A DNA stretch of 45,086 bases from Patescibacteria group bacterium (GTDB lineage: Bacteria; Patescibacteriota; Microgenomatia; Levybacterales; UBA12049). Below are positions 18,415 to 24,793 of the stretch, in pieces; the first letter of the stretch is position 1; every line of letters starts with the position of its first letter. Position numbers and translations under genes: made by a program. The stretch covers positions 1-45,086 of the forward strand of contig DASRON010000025.1 of NCBI GenBank assembly GCA_035646815.1, in the 5' to 3' direction. The notes beneath the pieces are model-generated. The model made no database searches, was not told the origin of the DNA, and worked only from the letters and a program-made list of their open reading frames with translations.

Positions 18415-19077
18415 TTAATCGTTTTTCTTAATTTTTTTTAAACTCAATCCTTGGTTTTCAGATGTGGTAAAGGAGGGATTATTTTTAAACTTTGCAACTC
18501 TTTTTACTTCTTTTATAAAGATAAATACCTTACTATCTGTTGTGGATTTTATAAATGCTTCATATTTATTACCGTTTTTTATAAACTTAATTAATCTAAT
18601 TCCGATATCATCTGGTAAAACTCCGATATACTGCTTGGCTCCTTCGAGAACAAATATGCGAGATCTTTTGATGGAAAGATTAACGCACTGTCCAATTCTT
18701 AATGTTTGAATAATGTTTGATTGGGCAACGTTTACCAATTCTACAATTTTTGTTTTTCCGGTTTCTTCCAAAAAGTTACAGTTTATTTGAAGCATGTTGC
18801 CTATTTGCGGATTATTAATTTTATCATTTAATCTTTTAAGATTTCTTTGTGCAATTGAATTAAGCGGATCAAGTTCAAAGACCTTTTGATAGGTTTTTTT
18901 TGCATTTATTATATTCCCCGTAATAGTATAGGCGAGTGCAAGACGATTAAGAGTATCAATATCATCAGGAATATCTGAGAGGATTTTTTTGTTTAACTCA
19001 ATAGCTGCTTGCCAGTCTCCTGTAAGTGCAGTCTTTATCGCCCTATTTTTTATATTTGCATTTTGGAGATCAGTCAT
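18415..19077 (-). CDS. TPR-repeat protein
   Basis: The N-terminal ~90 aa show TPR-like A/Y/L periodicity (LALAYTITGNIINAKKTYQKVFELDP). Confidence 0.55.
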   Translation of the reverse strand: MTDLQNANIKNRAIKTALTGDWQAAIELNKKILSDIPDDIDTLNRLALAYTITGNIINAKKTYQKVFELDPLNSIAQRNLKRLNDKINNPQIGNMLQINCNFLEETGKTKIVELVNVAQSNIIQTLRIGQCVNLSIKRSRIFVLEGAKQYIGVLPDDIGIRLIKFIKNGNKYEAFIKSTTDSKVFIFIKEVKRVAKFKNNPSFTTSENQGLSLKKIKKND

Positions 19078-19101
19078 TTTTATGGAGTCAAATATTGAGA
19101 A

Positions 19102-19130
19102 ATTTTACTATGATTCGTTGCAAAAGTCAA
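19102..19130 (-). promoter_or_regulatory. promoter of the TPR gene
   Basis: On the minus strand: TTGACT (19130-19125), 17-nt spacer, TAAAAT (19107-19102). Confidence 0.5.
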
Positions 19131-19147
19131 TACGGAAAGAGTATAAT
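19118..19147 (+). promoter_or_regulatory. promoter of yebC
   Basis: TTGCAA (19118-19123), 18-nt spacer, TATAAT (19142-19147). Confidence 0.5.
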
Positions 19148-19174
19148 TACAGAGAATTTTTTTAATTCTTAGCT

Positions 19175-19897
19175 ATGAGTGGACATTCAAAATGGTCTCA
19201 AATTAAAAGGCAAAAAGGAGTTGCAGATGTAAAAAGGGGCTTAACTTTTACAAAGTTATCAAACGCAATTACAATTGCTGTTAAGCAGGGTGAGGGAATA
19301 GGTGATCCTGATCAAAACTTCAGATTAAGGCTTTCAATAGATGCTGCTAAGGTTGCTAATATGCCTAAAGACAATATAGAAAGAGCAATAAAAAGAGCAC
19401 TGGGTAAAGAGGCAGGGCAACTTGAAGAAGTTGTTTATGAAGGTTTTTATCCCGGAGGAGTGACATTGATTGTAGAGGCTGCTACAGATAATTCCCAAAG
19501 AACAACATCTTTTATAAAAAGTCTTTTTAATAAATCAGGAGCTAGTTTTGGACAACCTGGATCTGTGTCTTATCAATTTAATCAAAGTGGAGAAATTGTA
19601 ATAAAGAAAAACAATATGAGCTTTGATGATATTTTTGCTGCAGCTGTTGAATTCGGAGCAGAAGATGTAGAAGAAGTTCTAGATGAAGTTTTGGTATTTA
19701 CTTCTGTTTCAGAACTTGCCAAAATAAGAGAGTTATTAGAAAAAAAAGGTTTTGAAATTATATACTCTGATATTATTAGAAAACCAATTACGCCTTTAAC
19801 AATTAAAGATGAGGAGGAGTTGGGCAAGATAGAAAGATTCATATCGGCAATAGAAGAATTAGATGATGTTCAAAAAGTGTACTCAAATATTGCTTAA
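19175..19897 (+). CDS. yebC: YebC/PmpR-family transcriptional regulator
   Basis: MSGHSKWSQIKRQKG N-terminus and full-length family pattern. Confidence 0.9.
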   Translation: MSGHSKWSQIKRQKGVADVKRGLTFTKLSNAITIAVKQGEGIGDPDQNFRLRLSIDAAKVANMPKDNIERAIKRALGKEAGQLEEVVYEGFYPGGVTLIVEAATDNSQRTTSFIKSLFNKSGASFGQPGSVSYQFNQSGEIVIKKNNMSFDDIFAAAVEFGAEDVEEVLDEVLVFTSVSELAKIRELLEKKGFEIIYSDIIRKPITPLTIKDEEELGKIERFISAIEELDDVQKVYSNIA

Positions 19898-19906
19898 AGC
19901 ACATTA

Positions 19907-20743
19907 ATGATGAGAAATAAAAGACTACCCATGATCGGTTCATTTTTTTTAAGTGTTCTTTCACTTGAGAGATTCTTATTAAGTAAAAGACAAAAGCTAG
20001 TCTTATCAGTAATACTTCTTTCCATAGGACTTTTTACTTCGGAATATTTTTTGGGAAAATCTGGAATTTATATTATTTTTATTATTTCATTACTAACTGA
20101 TCTTTTCTTGTACTTTTCCTTAAGAGGTGATTTAAAGAATAATTTTAGACCGCAAATTTTTATTCTCCCTTTTTTCTACAGTCTTGCTTTTGGATTGTTT
20201 TATTTTTTAGTACCAGTAAGAATGCTAACAAGAATTATTATGACAAGTCTTTACATGATTGGCTTATATTCGCTTTTTTTAAGTGAAAATATTTTTACAG
20301 TTTCTTCTATGAGAACAATAGCACTTTTATCTGGAGCAAGAACAGTTGCTCTTACAATAACTCTTATTTCTTTTTTCTTTCTCTCAAACGTTGTATTTAC
20401 GTTGCATTTAAACGTTTTTATAACTCTTATAATTATTTTTACCTACACACTTCCGCTTGTTTTGCATTCCTTATGGAGTCATACTCTTGAAAAAAGTTTA
20501 TTATCTGAGATGATTTGGTCACTCTTTTTAACAGTTTGTCTTTTTGAACTTTCAATTATGCTTTGGTTCTGGCCAAGCACACCAACTTTGATTGCGCTAT
20601 TTCTAACTGGTGTTTTCTACAGTTTAATCGGACTTTCTCAAGCTTGGTTTGATAAGAAATTATTCAAGGCTGTAATTTGGGAGTATTTATTAGTTTCAAT
20701 TATAGTATTTATTGCATTAGTTATTTACACATCATGGGTTTAA
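19907..20743 (+). CDS. polytopic membrane protein (hypothetical)
   Basis: 278 aa with about 8 hydrophobic segments. Confidence 0.55.
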   Translation: MMRNKRLPMIGSFFLSVLSLERFLLSKRQKLVLSVILLSIGLFTSEYFLGKSGIYIIFIISLLTDLFLYFSLRGDLKNNFRPQIFILPFFYSLAFGLFYFLVPVRMLTRIIMTSLYMIGLYSLFLSENIFTVSSMRTIALLSGARTVALTITLISFFFLSNVVFTLHLNVFITLIIIFTYTLPLVLHSLWSHTLEKSLLSEMIWSLFLTVCLFELSIMLWFWPSTPTLIALFLTGVFYSLIGLSQAWFDKKLFKAVIWEYLLVSIIVFIALVIYTSWV

Positions 20744-20819
20744 TAAAATAGACTAGGGAAGTGACGGCACTACAAAAGGATACCTCAGAAAATAATTAAA
20801 TATAATAAATTGTAAAATT

Positions 20820-20831
20820 TAGCCTCAAATT
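20820..20831. repeat. left copy of a 12-bp long-range inverted repeat (TAGCCTCAAATT)
   Basis: Exact reverse complement of 21591-21602 (AATTTGAGGCTA). Confidence 0.7.
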
Positions 20832-20929
20832 AATAAGTTTTAAACAAGCAAAGCCTAAAAAAAACAAAGGATAAGAGAAGAGGGAAGAGAAGAGGGGAAA
20901 GAAAAAAACATAAGGAGCACCGAAATAGG

Positions 20930-20948
20930 TGATATAGTTTGATATAGT
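20930..20948. repeat. direct repeat TGATATAGT x2 with 10-bp phasing
   Basis: Copies at 20930-20938 and 20940-20948. Confidence 0.6.
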
Positions 20949-21171
20949 AATAGAAATGATTATTATAGGACATTATTACTAATATTTTTATTGTGGATAA
21001 CTTGTTTTCACGACATTCTATGAAGTATTTTCACAGATAAGAACAAGCAATGCTTCTTCCTATCGGGAATAGCGACGTATATTACTTAGCTTGGGAACAT
21101 ATCTCTGTCGAAAAAAATACGAATGCTCTTTTCCGGGGATAGTAGCAATAAAAACAGAATACTTTTGAGGC

Positions 21172-21213
21172 TAAAAACACTAGTTTAGATTGTTAAATCA
21201 ATCTAAACTAGTG
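21172..21213 (-). terminator. Rho-independent terminator (minus strand)
   Basis: Perfect 14-bp stem CACTAGTTTAGATT (21178-21191) / AATCTAAACTAGTG (21200-21213) with an 8-nt loop. On the minus strand it is followed by TTTTT (21177-21173). There is no T-run on the plus side. Confidence 0.6.
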
Positions 21214-21405
21214 CATTGTAAAGATCTAGGAGAAGAAGGTATACATGCACGTCTAAAGATGTAAAAACTTATTCTAGATCAAATAGAAGAGGACAAAGCT
21301 TCTTTACTTAGTTTATATATTTTAGTTGTTATTATCCTCCAAGAGGAACTAAGTAAAAAATCATACATTTTAGCAATGGGAAGCTTTAAGTGGTTATGTC
21401 GCACA

Positions 21406-21426
21406 ATAATACTTTTACGACGTCAG
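21406..21426. repeat. left copy of the ~20-bp inverted repeat paired with 24794-24813
   Basis: The reverse complement CTGACGTCGTAAAAGTATTAT matches CTGACGTCGCAAAATATTAT at 19 positions, with 1 mismatch and a 1-nt indel. Confidence 0.65.
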
Positions 21427-21590
21427 TCAGGCTCGGTTCCGGGAGAAGTGGTTGTTTTGTATGTGTCTAAAAATTAAAATATTAATACTTTTTTACTGTA
21501 TACATTCTCTCTTTTGTTAATTTCCCTTTGTTTTATCCTCCTGTATTTTTATATTACCTCCCCTACTATGGGTTTGATTAATTTTGTAAA

Positions 21591-21612
21591 AATTTGAGGC
21601 TATCTGAGGCTA
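21591..21612. repeat. right copy of the 12-bp inverted repeat plus tandem TGAGGCTA x2 (10-bp phasing)
   Basis: AATTTGAGGCTA (21591-21602); TGAGGCTA at 21595-21602 and 21605-21612. A further TTGAGGCTA lies at 21165-21173. Confidence 0.65.
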
Positions 21613-21616
21613 ATAT

Positions 21617-22348
21617 TTATATAATTATTGGTCTTCTCCGAGGCTGGAGCGAAGGCTTGTCTCTTATTGTTCCTTTAGATACTATAGATGCTTGAAGTGT
21701 TTCCGTGAATTCAGTTTTAGTTACTGGAATTGTTACCATAACTCCTCCTTTGTTGGTAAATTCTTCTTGAGATTTGCTTGATCGATTAAGTGAGTCTTTT
21801 GGAGTGATTACAACATAGCCTAGTGCTGAGTCATGATAATGCTGAATTAAAGGTTTGGAAATATTACTTATTCTTGTAGTTTTGAGAGCTTCTACAAATG
21901 AATGTCCTAATTTTACCTCCCAAATTACAGGGAGACCACAAACTAGAGTGAGAGCATCATATTCTATATGCGCAGCACCAGTTCTTTTATTATGCGCAAT
22001 GTAATTGTGACCATATTGTCTAAAAACATAATCTTCTGTTTCAGTGCCGCTTGGGATAGGATTAACTATTAGATCGGGATGTTCTAAGGAGAGCATTTTT
22101 AATGTTAATGAAACATGCGTTTCAGCAAGCTGTCCTAGCGTGTCACCATTTTTACTTCCATTTGTTTTGTTTTCCTTCATTCTTGTAAGTTGTTTTCCAC
22201 TAAGTGTTTTTAAAAGTGCATTCCAGTTAGGAGTTGTACTACTGAGTCCTTTGATGATGGTAGCTAATCGTGGATTTGTAGTAAGTACAACTTCAGGAGA
22301 TCCTTTTTCAATTTTTCTATGTCGTCCAGGTGCGTGTGATTCATGCAT
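21617..22348 (-). CDS. hypothetical protein with PD-(D/E)xK nuclease-like motif
   Basis: 243 aa with no TM or signal peptide. E76 (GQLAETHV), D131 (IEYDALTLV) and E144-V-K146 (VIWEVKLG) have the order and spacing of restriction-endonuclease-like folds. Confidence 0.45.
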   Translation of the reverse strand: MHESHAPGRHRKIEKGSPEVVLTTNPRLATIIKGLSSTTPNWNALLKTLSGKQLTRMKENKTNGSKNGDTLGQLAETHVSLTLKMLSLEHPDLIVNPIPSGTETEDYVFRQYGHNYIAHNKRTGAAHIEYDALTLVCGLPVIWEVKLGHSFVEALKTTRISNISKPLIQHYHDSALGYVVITPKDSLNRSSKSQEEFTNKGGVMVTIPVTKTEFTETLQASIVSKGTIRDKPSLQPRRRPIII

Positions 22349-22393
22349 AAATTCTTAAAGAAATTTGGGGCAGAAAATATTTACTTATGTTAA

Positions 22394-22423
22394 GTTATAA
22401 CATTAAAACTTTATAAGCGTCAA
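22394..22423 (-). promoter_or_regulatory. own promoter of the nuclease-like gene
   Basis: On the minus strand: TTGACG (22423-22418), 18-nt spacer, TGtTATAAC (-10 at 22399-22394). Confidence 0.5.
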
Positions 22424-22443
22424 TAAGAAACTATAGATTGAAA

Positions 22444-23133
22444 TTACCCGCTAGGTTTTTTACCCGCTTCATTTTTGCAATCATTTGCTTTAATATCGCA
22501 TTTATTCTGACAGGTTGGATCGTCTCTAAAGATTATTGGGCATTCACTTATTCCAGGATCTGTATACTCTATACATTTTTTACTTGGTGTACAAGCAAAA
22601 AGGCTATATTGTGGGCAGCTGTCGTTTATTGGCATATTAGTACTTGAAATGCCAAAGTTATAGTTACAACTTTTTCCGCATCCTTTTCTACAGCCAATAA
22701 AATCTATGTTCTTGTCATTAGTGTTTTGTAAATCAACTAATACCTTATACCAGCTTGGACATTCTACGATTCCATTTTTTTCCTTATTTCTACTGTCATG
22801 AGGATCTTTACTGATTAATTCATATCCATAGGGTTTATTGCCATCAAGGCAAGGAAATTTTTGAATATACGTAACATTGCCTTTTTTAAGTGGCATTCCG
22901 CATTCAGGAAATTCCTTGGGGTAGCATTTCATGTCATCATAATACTGATCAAAGGCATTTCTTATTTCAATTAGATTGCTTTTAATTTTTGCGTCATTTG
23001 CTTTTGTTATTTGAGAACTTATTCCAATATATCCTGCAGTGCTAAGAATTGCTAAAATAGAGATAGAGATAAGCATCTCTATAAGAAGTGAACCCCTCCT
23101 TAATCCTTTAACAAGCTTTTTATTCCTTGCCAT
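22444..23133 (-). CDS. orphan type IV pilin-like protein with Cys-rich C-terminal extension
   Basis: Prepilin-like leader MARNKKLVKGLRRG|SLLIEMLISISILAIL with Glu at +5. ANDAKIKSNLIEIRNAFDQYYDD and CNYNFGISS parallel the pilin-like gene at 44272. It has 14 Cys. Confidence 0.65.
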   Translation of the reverse strand: MARNKKLVKGLRRGSLLIEMLISISILAILSTAGYIGISSQITKANDAKIKSNLIEIRNAFDQYYDDMKCYPKEFPECGMPLKKGNVTYIQKFPCLDGNKPYGYELISKDPHDSRNKEKNGIVECPSWYKVLVDLQNTNDKNIDFIGCRKGCGKSCNYNFGISSTNMPINDSCPQYSLFACTPSKKCIEYTDPGISECPIIFRDDPTCQNKCDIKANDCKNEAGKKPSG

Positions 23134-23178
23134 ATACCTATTATGCTCTCATATCTTTAAGAGTAAGGTCAAATCTTA

Positions 23179-23207
23179 TTGACATAGCATAAATTTTAGT
23201 TTAAATT
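23179..23207 (+). promoter_or_regulatory. promoter of the CAP-domain gene
   Basis: TTGACA (23179-23184), 17-nt spacer, TAAATT (23202-23207). ATG 23214 is 6 nt downstream. Confidence 0.5.
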
Positions 23208-23213
23208 TGTGCT

Positions 23214-23888
23214 ATGGCTAGCATAATTGTTTTATTTTTGCTTTTGTTTTTTCCTAGCTTAGAAACTCAAGTAAATAAATTGTTTACTGAGGTTAAAATT
23301 CCAGAAAATAAAGTAGTAGTATATAATCTTAGTCCAACTCCACTGCCAACTCCAATAAAGCCAACGATAGTAGTTAAGAAAAATATAAAAAAGATAAATG
23401 ATGTAAATAAGGATCCTGCTGTAAGTAATAAAAAAGATCAAGAAGATTCTTGGGGTGTGTCAAAGCAAATATCAGAGCACACTTGGACTATGAAGGTTGG
23501 AAATGATCAGGAAATGGCGGGATCTCAAGAAATAATGAATGCGTTAAACAATTACAGAAACGTACATGGTAAGGGTATACTTTCCTGGAATGATGGTCTT
23601 GCAAGTTTTGCTAAAAGTAGAGCTGAACAATTTAATAAAGATGGAAAGCTAGATGAACATGCAGGTTTTAACAGTTATTTTGGAGATCCTGAAAATATTC
23701 GCAAAACAGGATTTATGAAAGTAGGAGAAAATTCCTCTGTTGGATATAAGATGGATGGAGTTCATATAATTGAATGGGTATTTGCAGGAGATGCTCCTCA
23801 TGATAATAATCAACTTGATTTATCTTGGAGTGCTGTTGGCATAGGAGTAAGTGGAGCAGCTGTAGATATTATATTTGGTGGTAATTAA
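23214..23888 (+). CDS. secreted/anchored CAP (SCP/PR-1, YkwD-like) domain protein
   Basis: N-terminal hydrophobic segment, Pro-rich linker, then NALNNYRNVHGKGILSWNDGLASFAKSRAEQ...GENSS...IEWVFAGDAPHDNN, typical of CAP domains. Confidence 0.65.
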   Translation: MASIIVLFLLLFFPSLETQVNKLFTEVKIPENKVVVYNLSPTPLPTPIKPTIVVKKNIKKINDVNKDPAVSNKKDQEDSWGVSKQISEHTWTMKVGNDQEMAGSQEIMNALNNYRNVHGKGILSWNDGLASFAKSRAEQFNKDGKLDEHAGFNSYFGDPENIRKTGFMKVGENSSVGYKMDGVHIIEWVFAGDAPHDNNQLDLSWSAVGIGVSGAAVDIIFGGN

Positions 23889-23922
23889 TATAGGGTTGTA
23901 ATCTGTTCTGTGAAAAGAATTA

Positions 23923-24717
23923 CTATGGGGTAACTAAATTTATTGGTACAGAATTATCTCCGTTAGGGTCTGATAATAATCCTTCAGTTTTAATATGGTT
24001 TTCTGTAAATTTACTTCTGCTTAAAAAGACATTTTGTTCTGTTCCATCTTTCATAACTGCAATTAGTCTGAACCAAGATCCTCCTGGGAAATTTTTGGAA
24101 ACTGGATCAAATCCGTCTACTAATTTGAAAGTTCCTGATATTTGAAATGAATTCATGTTATGGATATATGTTTCAGGAGATTTACTATCTGGTTTTAAAG
24201 CCATGATATTGTCCCAATCTACTTCGGTAGATTCTCTTTTAGACTTTTCTGGAATATCAGGTTTAAATCTTACAGCCAGCTTAACTCCATTCTCAGTCTT
24301 GATAGTTATTCCTAATGTTCCGTTAAAGATTTTATTTGCCCTGACATTCTCTGCTTGAGTAGCGACTACTTGCTCTACTGTGGTTGTAGTCTTATCTGGA
24401 GCATATTTTCCAAGATTATACTCAGCATCAATTGCTTGCCCAATTTCATGAACTCCTAGTGTTGCAGCAGCTGCGACAGCAATAGTTCCTATTGCTGTCT
24501 TCTTTAAAGCTTTTGGATGCTGTAAAGTTTTTTCAATTATTCTATGAGAAAGAGGTCTTCTGCTAACTGTAGAGTTTGTACCTTTGGTATCTCTTTCTCT
24601 TCTTCGTTTTTGCCATCTTGCATGTCTTTCAATTCCATCTTTATCAATTTCTTTTTTTGATTCAATACTACGTACTGATGCAGATGGTCCTTCGGGAGGA
24701 ATATTTGATTCAGGCAT
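23923..24717 (-). CDS. type II membrane protein of unknown function
   Basis: Strongly basic N-terminal ~85 aa, one TM (TAIGTIAVAAAATLGV), then a ~170-aa external domain. ATG 24717 is preferred over the track's TTG 24735. Confidence 0.5.
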   Translation of the reverse strand: MPESNIPPEGPSASVRSIESKKEIDKDGIERHARWQKRRRERDTKGTNSTVSRRPLSHRIIEKTLQHPKALKKTAIGTIAVAAAATLGVHEIGQAIDAEYNLGKYAPDKTTTTVEQVVATQAENVRANKIFNGTLGITIKTENGVKLAVRFKPDIPEKSKRESTEVDWDNIMALKPDSKSPETYIHNMNSFQISGTFKLVDGFDPVSKNFPGGSWFRLIAVMKDGTEQNVFLSRSKFTENHIKTEGLLSDPNGDNSVPINLVTP

Positions 24718-24726
24718 AATAATTAT

Positions 24727-24756
24727 AGTATGCAATGTTTAGCCTTATTTTGTCAA
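24727..24756 (-). promoter_or_regulatory. promoter of the 24717 gene
   Basis: On the minus strand: TTGACA (24756-24751), 18-nt spacer, CATACT (24732-24727). Confidence 0.4.
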
Positions 24757-24760
24757 GAGT

Positions 24761-24789
24761 TTGACAACTCTGACTAATTTGTCTACTAT
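24761..24789 (+). promoter_or_regulatory. consensus promoter of the tyrosine recombinase gene
   Basis: TTGACA (24761-24766), 17-nt spacer, TACTAT (24784-24789). The track's TTG start at 24761 is actually the -35 box. Confidence 0.55.
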
Positions 24790-24793
24790 TATT

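Larger units (their letters stand above)
20744..21616. other. 873-bp ORF-free spacer rich in repeats and hairpins (candidate ncRNA, element remnant or recombination substrate)
   Basis: The track lists no ORF of 60 aa or more in any frame here. It contains nested inverted repeats, phased direct repeats, a 36-nt pure purine run and a 14-bp perfect hairpin. Confidence 0.5.

Noticed and set aside
20992-21000. A perfect DnaA box (TGTGGATAA) in an AT-rich spacer, considered as a chromosomal origin (oriC).
   Set aside because: It is the only perfect box. The near matches TTATCCTCC at 21332-21340 and 21533-21541 each have two mismatches. Flanking genes converge on the site, whereas genes diverge from an origin. 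No dnaA or dnaN gene is nearby. It is kept only as part of the binding-site cluster finding.
21421-21450. gtcagtcaggctcggttccgggagaagtgg looked superficially like the SRP RNA helix-8 core (CAGGUCCGGAAGGAAGCAGC). The spacer was also checked by eye for tmRNA, RNase P, 5S rRNA and group II domain V signatures.
   Set aside because: The proposed tetraloop stem does not pair on either strand. No GAGGAAAGUCC element, tRNA-like GGTTCGAATCC...CCA end or domain V consensus is present.
21497-21504. A TGTATACA palindrome, considered as the central region of a canonical 28-bp dif site (E. coli and Bacillus dif have TGTATA/TATATA cores).
   Set aside because: The flanking 11-mers (acttttttac / cattctctctt) show no XerC/XerD-arm-like inverted symmetry. 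They also do not resemble the conserved TTATGTTAAAT arm.
21617-24735. Compositional (GC) anomaly of the accessory genes, considered as evidence for recent horizontal transfer.
   Set aside because: Hand counts of several 60-nt lines gave about 33-40% G+C in the nuclease-like gene. Housekeeping genes (antiporter, gyrB) gave about 32-43%. No difference is defensible without a proper calculation.
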